From Myxococcota bacterium (lineage in GTDB: Bacteria > Myxococcota_A > UBA9042 > PHBI01 > JBMYRH01): a stretch of 64,000 nucleotides of DNA. Each line of letters opens with the position of its first letter. Position 1 is the first letter of the stretch. Below are positions 29,113 through 38,913 of this stretch, in pieces. The notes beneath the pieces are model-generated. The model was given only the letters and a program-made list of their open reading frames with translations, was not told where the DNA came from and did not search any database. The position numbers and the translations under genes were made by a program. Location: positions 23,972 to 87,971 of the forward strand of contig JBMYRH010000019.1 of the NCBI GenBank assembly GCA_049602155.1, in the 5' to 3' direction.

Positions 29113-31194
29113 TCAGTGAGCGAGGGCGGTCTGAGTGCGCCCGGGTATGCGCGCCTCAAGGACTTCGTTGGTCCAATGATTCAAGAGCCCAGTGAGCCGA
29201 CCGCGCGTCTTTGTTGGCAGTATCGTGTGCAGGTTTGTGCGCTCTTTGGGGTCGTCCTCGAGGTTGTAGATCTGAACCTCGTTGTACGCCATCTTGATGA
29301 TGACCTTGTAGGGCCACAGCACCATGCCCTTCTGCGGCAGCGCCGAGCCCTTGTGCTTCTCAAAGAACACGGGCGGGTGCGGGCCGTTGCCCCCCTCAAG
29401 CCAGTGCGTCAACGAGACGCCGCGAAGCGAGGCGTCGATGGGCAGCTTGGCGACGTCGAGGAAGGTCGATGGGAGGTCGATTAAGGAGACCGAGGTGCTC
29501 ACTCGACGAGGCACCACCCCCGCACCACACACCATCAAAGGCACCCGAACAACCTCATCGTGGAGGTTAGGCCCATGATAGCGGTGACCATGGTCCTCCG
29601 CCTCGTCCAGACCTTCGCCATGATCACTGGTGAGGACGATCAAGGTGTTCTCAAGGAGCCCCTGCTCCTCTAGGCCATCGAGCAGCCGGCCTACGTGATG
29701 ATCGGTGTAGGCGATCTCGTTGTCGTACACGTCCTTCATCCACGGTCCAAAGCTCGGGAAGCCGCGGTGAAAAATGTAAGGCGAATGAGGATCCGAGTAA
29801 TAGGCCCAAAGGAAGAAAGGCTTCTCCGACTCTTGCTCTGCGAACGCCAAGGAGTCGACGTACTCGAGCGCGTGGTCTGTCACATAGTCACTGGTCGACT
29901 TAAACCGTGAGCGTGGACGCTCGACCAACACGGAAGCGTCGTAATGGGCGAACCCCTGGGCGAACCCGAACCGTGGGGCCAAGTAGCCGATAGAGTGAAA
30001 TGCTGCCGTATGATAGCCCCCCTCTCGAAGACGCTCAGCGATCGTCGTCTCCTCGTTCAAGATCGTCGGCCACTTCCCGTCGGTCCGCGCGATCTCCGTG
30101 AAGTACTTCCCGATGATCATCGGCGGCACACTGAACCGCGTCTGGCTGCCTGTCGCGCGCGCTTGGTCAAACACCGCACATCGCTCGGCCCACCTGTCGA
30201 GGTTCGGGCTCGTCGGCTTGTTGTAGCCATAAAAGCCAAGGTGATCAGCGCGCAACGTGTCGATCGTTACGAAGACAATGTTGGGCGCGCGGGACCGAAA
30301 GTCCTCCTCACCGACCTCCTCCGGGCTGTCCTCGGGCGCAGCCTCTTCAAGGACCACTTTAGGGGCTGGTGGGACCGTCCCCGCCGCCATCAACTGCGCG
30401 AACACGGCCGTCGCCTCACGGGTCAGGTCCTCACCATCGCAGTCTTCGTCGTACCCATTTGCGGCGATCTCTGCGGCCCCTGGGTGCACGGTAGGGTCTG
30501 CATCATTGCAGTCACAGTCCCCCGCGCAGAGCCCCGCCGGGAACCCATCACCATCGGCATCGAGGGCATCACGTGCGGCTGCCACGAGCCAGCGACCGGA
30601 GGCCGCATCCTCACCGAGGCGGGCCGCAGCCACCCCGGCCGAGCGTGTCCCCTCGGCCCAAAGACTGGCCCCGGAGACGCCACCCACTACAAAGAGGCCC
30701 AGCGCGAAGACCCCCTGACGCCAACGCCGAGGGAGCTCGCTAGCGACGAGCCCCACCACGATCAAGCCGACCGAGAACCCTGGCAATCGCCAATCGATTG
30801 CGTCCCACTCAATCCATTGGCCCAACTTGCGCCAGGCGAAGACCACGAGGAGGCCACTGAGGAACCCTGCGAAGAGGGTCAAGAAGCGCTGAATCGGTCG
30901 ATTGAGGGCGCTCCACCCTGTCCACAATGCTTGGATTGTCCGGACGATCAGGCGACCAAAGACGAGCCCAAACACAGCCCCAAGGCAGACATGCAAGCTA
31001 ACGTCGAGGGCGAGGGTGGCCGCGAGGACCTGCCCAGGGAGCGCCTCGGTGCCCGGTAAGGTCGCCATCATCAGCGAGTCCGTGACCCCGATCAGCGCCC
31101 CCGCGACGGCCCAACCCAAGGCATGTCGAGAATCCCACATATGACCGAGTTTGAGGCCCAAGCGACGCAATTTGGTGAACGGTATACGCATCAA
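29113..31194 (-). CDS. Membrane-anchored sulfatase-like / alkaline phosphatase superfamily hydrolase-transferase
   Basis: N-terminal TM helices and DCNDADP..HPGA.EI..NGYDEDCDG motif. PNIVFVTIDTLRADHL, DPHSPY, YDNEIAYTD and SDHGE. No C/SxPxR motif. Confidence 0.8.
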   Translation of the reverse strand: MMRIPFTKLRRLGLKLGHMWDSRHALGWAVAGALIGVTDSLMMATLPGTEALPGQVLAATLALDVSLHVCLGAVFGLVFGRLIVRTIQALWTGWSALNRPIQRFLTLFAGFLSGLLVVFAWRKLGQWIEWDAIDWRLPGFSVGLIVVGLVASELPRRWRQGVFALGLFVVGGVSGASLWAEGTRSAGVAAARLGEDAASGRWLVAAARDALDADGDGFPAGLCAGDCDCNDADPTVHPGAAEIAANGYDEDCDGEDLTREATAVFAQLMAAGTVPPAPKVVLEEAAPEDSPEEVGEEDFRSRAPNIVFVTIDTLRADHLGFYGYNKPTSPNLDRWAERCAVFDQARATGSQTRFSVPPMIIGKYFTEIARTDGKWPTILNEETTIAERLREGGYHTAAFHSIGYLAPRFGFAQGFAHYDASVLVERPRSRFKSTSDYVTDHALEYVDSLAFAEQESEKPFFLWAYYSDPHSPYIFHRGFPSFGPWMKDVYDNEIAYTDHHVGRLLDGLEEQGLLENTLIVLTSDHGEGLDEAEDHGHRYHGPNLHDEVVRVPLMVCGAGVVPRRVSTSVSLIDLPSTFLDVAKLPIDASLRGVSLTHWLEGGNGPHPPVFFEKHKGSALPQKGMVLWPYKVIIKMAYNEVQIYNLEDDPKERTNLHTILPTKTRGRLTGLLNHWTNEVLEARIPGRTQTALAH

Positions 31195-31356
31195 TCCGTC
31201 ACACTAGAGGTGTCTTGGAAGACGCTCCAAAAACTCGATCATTTCTCTTTGTCGGCGCGGCAATCAAGGCGGGCCTTGAGCCCCTCTACGAGGACCCAGG
31301 GGCGATGCACGACAGCACGAAAGCACTACCTCCACGACCGCTACAGTGCTCAGCGG

Positions 31357-32691
31357 TTAGACCCTGGCAGACTCTCGCTTGAACCACTGCATGGACGCTG
31401 CGAAGAGGAGCGCGCACGCGACCCCGGTGACGTAGCTGGCGCCCACGAAGAAGTCGAGCCACGAGAGATCGGGCTGACCGAGGCTCTTGTAGAGCAACAG
31501 CGCGACGCTCCCGAGGTAGCCAGATGCATCCGCGACGTAGATCAAGAACCCCGCGGTCGCGGCCTTGCCCACGGCAGCGACGAGGCGATCGAAGAGGACA
31601 CAGTTGAAGGGAACGTAGCCCAAGTAGAGGCCGAGACCGACCCCGATCATCCACGCCGCGGGACCGATGATCTCCATTTGATAGAGCACGGTCGAGCCCA
31701 AGGTCAGGGCCGCGCCAGTGATGAGGATCCCGTGAATGACCTGGAGAGCGTTGCGGTTGTCGCGCACCCGAACGACGAGGGCGATCGCCAGCAAAGACCC
31801 CAGCGCGATCGGCAGCTCAGCGGTCGTCAAAATCGAGGGCTCACCCGCGTACCCGAGCGCATCCCAAAGCTCCCGCGCGAAGTTGTCTCGAAAGTCTCGA
31901 TAGGCCGTCAGCAGCACGTAGCCCGCGATCAGCAAGGTGAGGCCTGGCGCATATGCGCGAAAGAAGGCCCGCCGAGCGCCGGCGTCCATGGGCTCACGGC
32001 GCGTGCGCTCCTGCACGTCCTCCTCTGTGGGCTCAGGGACGTGCGCCAGGAGCCAAAGGACGAGCAAGAGCGGCGGAAAGAACACCAAGCCCGTGAAAAA
32101 CGGCATCCAAAGCTCGGGGACCCCAGCGTCCATCAAGAGCTTGCCGGTCATCTTGGTGAAGCCCGAGGCCACGATGAAGCTGGCGCAGAGCCCCGCACCG
32201 AGCAGATCGCTGGTTTTTCTCCCCTCGAGGAAGCCGAAGACGAGCCCCCAGATCATCCCGAGGGGCAGACCGTTTAAGACGAGCGCGAAGGCATTATAAG
32301 GGGTCGGGATCACCGCGAAGAGCAGGAGGGCGAGCTCTGCCAGCGCGATGAAGGCCAGGATCGCCCCTGCGCGACGGTGCGGTTCAAGCTCACTGACGAC
32401 CTTGATCCCCAGGAATTTTGAGCTCGCGTAGCCAATGACCTGGCTGATGATGAAGAGGATCTTGAGGTCGAGCGGCCCGATCCCCGGTAAGTCGACGGTC
32501 CCCTCGTAGGTCCCGACCGCGAAAGGCTTTCGAAACGCATACATGCAAAAATAGGTCGCGAAGGCCGCGCCCATCGCCCAGGCAGCGAACACGCTCGAGG
32601 GACTCGATGCCAACCAGCGCTGCAATCGTGTCGAGATCATCGCCACCGATTGGACCACGTCTTGGCCATGTTGCGAAGTCGGTACCGGCAA
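31357..32691 (-). CDS. MFS-like membrane protein (DUF5690-type)
   Basis: YFCMYAFRKPF, NGLPLGMIWG..F.FLEGR and YRDFRDNF motifs with about 11-12 TM helices. Confidence 0.75.
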   Translation of the reverse strand: MPVPTSQHGQDVVQSVAMISTRLQRWLASSPSSVFAAWAMGAAFATYFCMYAFRKPFAVGTYEGTVDLPGIGPLDLKILFIISQVIGYASSKFLGIKVVSELEPHRRAGAILAFIALAELALLLFAVIPTPYNAFALVLNGLPLGMIWGLVFGFLEGRKTSDLLGAGLCASFIVASGFTKMTGKLLMDAGVPELWMPFFTGLVFFPPLLLVLWLLAHVPEPTEEDVQERTRREPMDAGARRAFFRAYAPGLTLLIAGYVLLTAYRDFRDNFARELWDALGYAGEPSILTTAELPIALGSLLAIALVVRVRDNRNALQVIHGILITGAALTLGSTVLYQMEIIGPAAWMIGVGLGLYLGYVPFNCVLFDRLVAAVGKAATAGFLIYVADASGYLGSVALLLYKSLGQPDLSWLDFFVGASYVTGVACALLFAASMQWFKRESARV

Positions 32692-32722
32692 TTACTTACG
32701 CAAGCGTCGCGGTCAATGGCGC

Positions 32723-33559
32723 TCAATCAAGCACCCCACAAGCGGTCATGCCCTCACTCAGTAGACGGTCTAGGAGCCGCTGACCGACGAGCTGCCCACC
32801 CGCTGGCGTCAGGTGAATGCCATCCTCACGGCGGTAACGCACGGGATGCCCGTTCACATCGGCACCGGCCTCGAGCCACGCCCCTGATGCATCTGAAGAG
32901 AGGGGGAACATGTCGATCCAAGTGACCCCTTCGAGCCCCTCAAGGGCGCGCTCCTGTGCCGCCCTGACGCGGATCATCTTCTCCCGAGCGAAGCGCGGTC
33001 GTCGGTTGGTCGGAGAGAGGATGAAGACCCGCCGCGACGACCCGCGGAGCAAGAGCGCGAACTCTCGAATGCGCTGTTGATAGGCGATCTCCCACGCCTC
33101 ACCCGAGTTCATCTTCACAGGTGAGCCGCTGGCGTCGTGAAATTCCATGCGCTGACCGTCGTTGCCACCAAACATCGCGATCACGAGGTCCGGTCGGTAC
33201 GTCGCCAAGAGGCGCCGCGCCTCGGTGGGCCAATCGAAGAAGTCGGGGCGCGCCAAGCCGCTCGTCGCCTTACCACGCCGTTGGACATCGAAGCCGAGCG
33301 CCCCAAGGCTCCGCTCAAGGGACTTCCCTAGGGGCCCAAAGATGTTCGAGTCCCCCACGATTAAGGCAGGGATGCGGGGTGGATCTGGCAGCTGTAGAAC
33401 CCGCATGAATGCCACCTCCACAGCCTCTACAGGGGCCACATCCTCAGCCGCAGGCTCAGGCGCTTGAACTGGCGGTGCGAGCTTGAGCGTCGCCGCGACG
33501 ACGCACAGCCCCACGCACAGCACGGCAACCAGCGCCATATCGGCGAAACCATGGCGCAC
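32723..33559 (-). CDS. SGNH/GDSL hydrolase (DUF459-type)
   Basis: VGDS, TSGLARPDFFDW, FGGND and DGIH. Confidence 0.8.
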   Translation of the reverse strand: MRHGFADMALVAVLCVGLCVVAATLKLAPPVQAPEPAAEDVAPVEAVEVAFMRVLQLPDPPRIPALIVGDSNIFGPLGKSLERSLGALGFDVQRRGKATSGLARPDFFDWPTEARRLLATYRPDLVIAMFGGNDGQRMEFHDASGSPVKMNSGEAWEIAYQQRIREFALLLRGSSRRVFILSPTNRRPRFAREKMIRVRAAQERALEGLEGVTWIDMFPLSSDASGAWLEAGADVNGHPVRYRREDGIHLTPAGGQLVGQRLLDRLLSEGMTACGVLD

Positions 33560-33643
33560 CGGGCTCCGCTACACCGAAGCGGCGCGCCGCCCAGCGCGCC
33601 GCAGAGCGTTGGTTAACGCAGAGTCCATCATCACGAGGAGCCC

Positions 33644-34549
33644 CTAGAGCTTCTTGAGGTGATAACACGCGGGCTGAACCTTGCCCTCACAAGCGAGCTG
33701 CAGGAGCTCCTTTGCGCGAGAGATGTTCTTCGAGCCGCCCTCACCGCGCATCACCATGACGCCAAGGTTCGAGCACGCGACCATCTCTTCCCCGTCGCAG
33801 GCGGCCTGAAAGTACTTCCGCGCCTCCTCGAACTTCTGCTTCGTCCCGATGCCCTCTTGGTAGAGCTTCCCAAGGTAGAGGCAGCCCTCGATGGCGCCGC
33901 CGTCGCAGGCCTTCTTGGTCATCGCCATCGCCGACTTGCCTTCACGGTTGATGTAGTGAAGTTTCCCCTGGCGGGCACAGCCGAGCATGTCCCCTGCGTC
34001 GCACGCCTTCGTGAAGAGCGCTGACGCCTTTTCTTCACTCTTGTCGACGCCGAGCCCTGTGACATGCAGCGTCCCAAGCTCGACACAACCGGAGAGCTCG
34101 CCCCCGTCGCATGCGGTCGTAAAGTGAGCCCCCGCCTCCTTCGGATCTCGCGATCCTACCGGCCCTTGGATGAGCGCCTGACCTGTGGTGACACACACCT
34201 TCATGTCGCCGGCTTTGCAGGCAGCGCGGTCCTTATCGAGCGGATCCACCTTCTCCTGCTCTGGCGCCTTTGGCGCCTTGCAGATGACGTCGGTGTTGTA
34301 GGTGGCCGAAGAGCTCCCCGGCATCGACATCACTGCGATCTCACCCTTGCAAGGCTTGCCATCCTTCTTCGCGACGACCTTGAACGCGTTGGTGGAGCCA
34401 TCTTTGGCGGTCACCTCAAGCTCCAAATACCCCTCTCCGCGCAAATGATCTGTCGCCATCTTTTGCTTGTCTGGGCACCCGGTGAGCGTCGTCAACGCGA
34501 CGAGTGACACGAGCCAGAAGAGCGACGTGGGAGTAAATCGAGATGACAT
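33644..34549 (-). CDS. Sel1-like repeat lipoprotein (Cys-bridged, Hcp-like)
   Basis: Lipobox LTGC and repeats AC.G....C..LG.LY..G.G. GGAGG precedes the ATG at 34549. Confidence 0.8.
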   Translation of the reverse strand: MSSRFTPTSLFWLVSLVALTTLTGCPDKQKMATDHLRGEGYLELEVTAKDGSTNAFKVVAKKDGKPCKGEIAVMSMPGSSSATYNTDVICKAPKAPEQEKVDPLDKDRAACKAGDMKVCVTTGQALIQGPVGSRDPKEAGAHFTTACDGGELSGCVELGTLHVTGLGVDKSEEKASALFTKACDAGDMLGCARQGKLHYINREGKSAMAMTKKACDGGAIEGCLYLGKLYQEGIGTKQKFEEARKYFQAACDGEEMVACSNLGVMVMRGEGGSKNISRAKELLQLACEGKVQPACYHLKKL

Positions 34550-34671
34550 GATGCCTCCAGGCATGACAATCGCGGGCGCCTCTCCGTCAAGGCGTCCACA
34601 GAGGTTGACCGTGGACTTTTACACCGACTCCCTTAGACTTCGCCACCAACTCGTGCCGTAGGGAACACCTT

Positions 34672-35442
34672 ATGAACCTGAACCAGACCATCGCATTCGT
34701 CACCGGCGGCGCCTCAGGCTTAGGCCGCGCGACCGCACTTCGACTCGGGCGAGCGGGCGCCAAGGTGCTCATCGCTGATCTCAACGAAGAGGGCGGCAAG
34801 GCCGTCCAAGCCGAGCTCGGGGACCAAGGCCTGTTCGTCGCGACCGATGTCACCAACGAAGAGAGCGTCAACGCTGCATTAGACGCAGCTGAGGCAACCT
34901 TTGGCGGGACGGTTAACTGCCTGGTCAACTGCGCTGGGATCGGCATCGCGAGCCGAACCCTCGGGCGAGAGAAGCCCCACAGCCTCTCGCTCTTCCAAAA
35001 GGTGCTCACCGTCAACACAGCTGGGAGCTTCAACACCATCCGCCTCGCAGCGTGGCGCATGGCTCAGAGCGAGCCCAACGACCTGGGTGAGCGTGGCGTG
35101 ATCGTGAACACGGCGAGCGTCGCGGCCTATGACGGTCAGATCGGCCAGGCCGCCTACGCCGCCTCCAAGGGCGCCATCGTGGGCATGACGCTCCCCATCG
35201 CGCGCGACCTCTCTCGCAGCGGCATCCGCGTCTGCACCATCGCCCCTGGCATCTTCAAGACCCCGATGCTCGCGTCCTTGCCCGAGAAGGTCCAAGACGC
35301 CCTCGGCGCCCAAGTACCCTTCCCCTCTCGCCTGGGCCTGCCCGACGAGTATGCACAGCTGGCGCAGTCCATCGTCGAGAACCCGATGCTCAACGGCGAG
35401 ACGATCCGCCTCGACGGTGCGCTCCGAATGGCGCCCAAATAG
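34672..35442 (+). CDS. SDR, 3-hydroxyacyl-CoA dehydrogenase type 2 (HSD17B10-like)
   Basis: [26 protein letters not shown] and [14 protein letters not shown]. Confidence 0.92.
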   Translation: MNLNQTIAFVTGGASGLGRATALRLGRAGAKVLIADLNEEGGKAVQAELGDQGLFVATDVTNEESVNAALDAAEATFGGTVNCLVNCAGIGIASRTLGREKPHSLSLFQKVLTVNTAGSFNTIRLAAWRMAQSEPNDLGERGVIVNTASVAAYDGQIGQAAYAASKGAIVGMTLPIARDLSRSGIRVCTIAPGIFKTPMLASLPEKVQDALGAQVPFPSRLGLPDEYAQLAQSIVENPMLNGETIRLDGALRMAPK

Positions 35443-35473
35443 CCCATGACCGCTTCTTAGCTCGGAGGACCCT

Positions 35474-36061
35474 ATGTCGCTGACACCCTCGACCATGCTC
35501 GAGCTCGGGACACCGGCGCCCGACTTCTCGCTGATCAACGCTGTGGACGGGCGACGCGTGTCCCTGGCAGATCTCTCGGAGGCCAAGGCCCTCGTGATGA
35601 TGTTCATCAGCAACCACTGCCCCTACGTCATCCACTACAAAGAGGCCCTCGCGGATTTCGGGCGCGAAGCGATGAACCAAAACGTCGCGGTGATCGCCAT
35701 CGGCAGCAACGACATCGACAACCCCAAGTACGCCGCCGACCGGCCGGAATTGATGAAGGAGGACGCTGAGACCTACGGCTACCCCTTCCCCTACTGCTTC
35801 GATCCCGACCAGTCCGTCGCCAAGGCGTACTCAGCGGCCTGCACCCCGGACTTCTACCTCTTCGATGGTGACCAACGGTTGGCCTACCGAGGGCGCTTCG
35901 ATGCGAGCCGCCCCGGCAACACTGAGGCGATCACAGGGGATGACCTTCGAGGGGCCTTGATCGCCGTCTTGAGTGGTGCGTCTCCGCCAGAGGAGCAGTA
36001 CCCATCCATGGGCTGCAACATCAAGTGGAAGCCTGGCAACGCCCCCCCGTACTTCGGCTGA
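35474..36061 (+). CDS. Thioredoxin-like AhpC/TSA family protein
   Basis: APDFSL, SNHCPYV, AACTPDFYLF, YRGRFD and PSMGCNIKW. Confidence 0.88.
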   Translation: MSLTPSTMLELGTPAPDFSLINAVDGRRVSLADLSEAKALVMMFISNHCPYVIHYKEALADFGREAMNQNVAVIAIGSNDIDNPKYAADRPELMKEDAETYGYPFPYCFDPDQSVAKAYSAACTPDFYLFDGDQRLAYRGRFDASRPGNTEAITGDDLRGALIAVLSGASPPEEQYPSMGCNIKWKPGNAPPYFG

Positions 36062-36107
36062 GGCGCGCCTATTCGCTCCAGAGACGAAGTGCTACGCTGG
36101 TGCCACA

Positions 36108-37067
36108 GTGTACTACGATCGCCACATTGACGACGCGCTGGCTGACACCTTAAAGCCCGGCGGAGCTCTCGCTTGGCTGAGGGCTCACGTCGACTCTCCA
36201 GAGGGTCAACGGCACCATGCACACCTCCAGTTTCGGAGGGCCAAGGGAGGTCGAGAGCGCGGCAGCATTCAGCTCTACTGGGGCCGCACGAGCCCCATTG
36301 AGTTCCAATCCCGTCGTGACGGTTGCGTCCGACTTCAGGCGCACCGCACTTACCACGATGCGCACCCAGAGCTCTTCTCAAGCGCCGTGCAGCTCAGCGC
36401 CCTAGAGGCCCTCGAGCCCAAACTTCGCGCCCACCTTGGCGCCGCGTCGGCGATCCTGCTCGGCCCCGAAGCCAGGCGCCAAGCCTTCCTCAAAGGGGAA
36501 GCGACGTGCCACGCAGGGATGATGCGGCGCTATGGGCATAAGTGGCGCGCTGCAGACCCGCTTGTTGCCTTGGATGCAGAGGCCCGCGTCGGGTTCGACT
36601 CCCGCGACGCCCAGCGACGAGACGACGAGGCCCTCACCCGGCAGTTGGGCCTGGGGGACGACGAAGCGCTGCCAAAGAAGCTCGACACCATCGGGGTCTC
36701 CCCTGAGGGTGACCTCGTGTTGGTTGAGGTTAAAGACGCCCAGGGCGATATCAGCCGCGCCGTCACTCAAGCCGCGGCGCATGTGGCGCGCTTTAGCCGC
36801 CTCCTTGAGGGTGGTCTCGGAGCCCGGGCACAGCGCATGTTGGATCAGAAGCGACGGGTCGGGCTGCTGCCATCGGGCTGCCCTGATATCTCTTCGACGG
36901 CGCGGGTGATCCCGTGGGTCGCTGCGCCAGACACGGACCCGGACTGGGCCACGCGTTGGTCTCGCGACACCCTGGCCCTACGGGCACGATTAGGGGCGCT
37001 CTTAGAGGACCTTCGATGGGTGCGATTGACCGAGCATGGTGACGTGCTAGAGGTGACCATACCGTGA
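36108..37067 (+). CDS. Hypothetical protein with PD-(D/E)XK nuclease-like C-terminal domain
   Basis: KLDTIGVSPEGDLVLVEVK...AVTQAAAH (D..ExK..QxxxY-like). Likely GTG start at 36108. Confidence 0.6.
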   Translation: MYYDRHIDDALADTLKPGGALAWLRAHVDSPEGQRHHAHLQFRRAKGGRERGSIQLYWGRTSPIEFQSRRDGCVRLQAHRTYHDAHPELFSSAVQLSALEALEPKLRAHLGAASAILLGPEARRQAFLKGEATCHAGMMRRYGHKWRAADPLVALDAEARVGFDSRDAQRRDDEALTRQLGLGDDEALPKKLDTIGVSPEGDLVLVEVKDAQGDISRAVTQAAAHVARFSRLLEGGLGARAQRMLDQKRRVGLLPSGCPDISSTARVIPWVAAPDTDPDWATRWSRDTLALRARLGALLEDLRWVRLTEHGDVLEVTIP

Positions 37068-38119
37068 GCGAACGACCCGCACCGACCGCCTGGCGCCAAC
37101 GCGCCGAGGCTCAACAGCTTCAATGGAAAGCGCGCACTGCCTCTCTACCTGAGGAGGCCCGCGAAGAGGGCTCGTACTTCTCTAAGAGCTTTGGACGGGG
37201 CGGCCAAGTGACGTGGCAAGAGATGGGCCCCTACCCCCATTGCCTCCCGCGCGAGTTCGCAGCGCATAACCTCTTGGCGTCCATTCGTCAGGAGGCATTG
37301 ACCCGCCTGGATCGCTTTCAAATCGCTTGGCATGGCGAGACCCCTCGCAGTGGTCTGAACGGCAATGAGGGGCCAACGACAAACCTGCTGAGCTCGCAAG
37401 TTCAGTGCATCAACAGCCTCCTGGCCCTCGAGTACGCCCCCGATGTCCTCCTTGAGCGCCTGCAGAGCGTCGTGCCATCGGCGCGCAAAATCATCCCGAT
37501 TCGACACACCAACCATGCCCGAGCCGAGGGGCTCGTCGCCTTCGAGTGGATCGGGAGAGAGAACTACCTCCGCGAGCGCGTGCGTGGGGTTCGCACGCGA
37601 GGCAGCTTCGTCACCAGCGCTGACGCGTTGATCGTCGTTGAGCGCGAAGCCGGGCGCCGCACAGGCGTCTTGATCGAGTGGAAGTTCACGGAGAGCTATC
37701 ACGCAGCCATGAAGCCTATCAGCCCCGCAGGGACGGACCGGCGTGAGATCTATCGAGCGGCCTACGAGGGAAGCGCGAGTCCGTTTATGTCAGAGAGACC
37801 TCCCATCGACGCCTTCTTTCACGAGCCACACTATCAACTGCTCCGGCAGAGCTTATTGGCCCAAGGCATGAAGCAGGCCAAAGAGCACGGTGTCGACAGC
37901 ATGGTCGTGTTGATGCTGATGCCCTCCGGCAATCAAAGCCTGCGCGCGACCGTCCCGACGGCCCTGCGTCCCTATGGCGACACCCTCGATGCTGTGTGGG
38001 AGACCTTGGTCCCCGGGCCTGAGGTGCGCTTCGTCTGCCAAGACAGCAAAGCCTGGCTGACCGCGACCCCTGAGCTCACCGAACGCTACGGGGGGCTCTT
38101 CACCCGTGAAGGCTCTTAG
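37064..38119 (+). CDS. Putative restriction endonuclease-like protein (PGN_0703-type)
   Basis: NLLSSQVQCIN, FEW, TSADA....LIEWKFTE and YQLLRQ.LLA. GTGA overlap with the upstream gene. Confidence 0.7.
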   Translation: MSERPAPTAWRQRAEAQQLQWKARTASLPEEAREEGSYFSKSFGRGGQVTWQEMGPYPHCLPREFAAHNLLASIRQEALTRLDRFQIAWHGETPRSGLNGNEGPTTNLLSSQVQCINSLLALEYAPDVLLERLQSVVPSARKIIPIRHTNHARAEGLVAFEWIGRENYLRERVRGVRTRGSFVTSADALIVVEREAGRRTGVLIEWKFTESYHAAMKPISPAGTDRREIYRAAYEGSASPFMSERPPIDAFFHEPHYQLLRQSLLAQGMKQAKEHGVDSMVVLMLMPSGNQSLRATVPTALRPYGDTLDAVWETLVPGPEVRFVCQDSKAWLTATPELTERYGGLFTREGS

Positions 38120-38913
38120 CCCTTCTTGAGCCGCTTTAGCGCGTCCTTCGCGTACTCTTGCACCTCGACAGAGGGGTGCGTGAGGTGAGGCTCAATGACA
38201 GGGAGCGCTTTGGGGTCACCTAGCTCTCCCAGGGCATGCAGCGCCGCAGCGAGCGCCTTCGCGTCCTTCTCCTCTCGGGCTTGAGCCATGAGCGGCGCGA
38301 GGCTCTTGGGGTCCTTGAGTTTGCTCAACGCCATAGCAGCGAATCCACGCACTTGAGGCTTAAGATCCTCTCGCAGTCGCTCGATCAGCTTCGGAGTAGC
38401 GACGCGATCTCGGATGTCCCCTAGCGCGAGCGCAGCGTAACCCCGCACATCCTCATCTTTATCTCGTAAGGCGCCAATGAGGTCTGGGATGGCGGCTGGA
38501 TCGCGCACGCGACCAAGCCCGACGACCGCAGCGAACCGAACATTCAGGTCCTTGTCTTTGAGCGCCTTGAGCAACCAGGGCGTGACCGCCTTATCGCGGT
38601 GAGCACCCAGGGCATAGGCCGCTGCGGCGCGCACGCGGATCTCTCGGTCGTCGAGCAACGCCGCGATCGAGCCCTGAGAGGCCGCGACGGTCACCTCGCT
38701 CAGGACCCCTAGGGTCCAAAAGCGTGTCATCTCATCGGGCGCCTTTAGGCCCAGCTCAACTGCCGGCCAAATCGACGGACCGCGCTGTATCAATGCCTTG
38801 ACCGAGGTGCAGGTCTCCAGGCTCTCGCACCCCTTGAGTTGGTCGACGAGCTCGGGGACCGTCGGCGGCGCGCTCAAGGTCAACGCCACGCACGCAGTGA
38901 GTAACACGCTCAT
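38116..38913 (-). CDS. Exported HEAT/PBS-repeat protein
   Basis: Signal peptide and repeats LxDxDxxVRxxAAxALG. Confidence 0.85.
   Translation of the reverse strand: MSVLLTACVALTLSAPPTVPELVDQLKGCESLETCTSVKALIQRGPSIWPAVELGLKAPDEMTRFWTLGVLSEVTVAASQGSIAALLDDREIRVRAAAAYALGAHRDKAVTPWLLKALKDKDLNVRFAAVVGLGRVRDPAAIPDLIGALRDKDEDVRGYAALALGDIRDRVATPKLIERLREDLKPQVRGFAAMALSKLKDPKSLAPLMAQAREEKDAKALAAALHALGELGDPKALPVIEPHLTHPSVEVQEYAKDALKRLKKG

Noticed and set aside
31123-32277. Long plus-strand ORFs opposite the sulfatase and MFS genes (also 29944..31059 and 58526..59587)
   Set aside because: Antisense shadows with no recognisable motifs.
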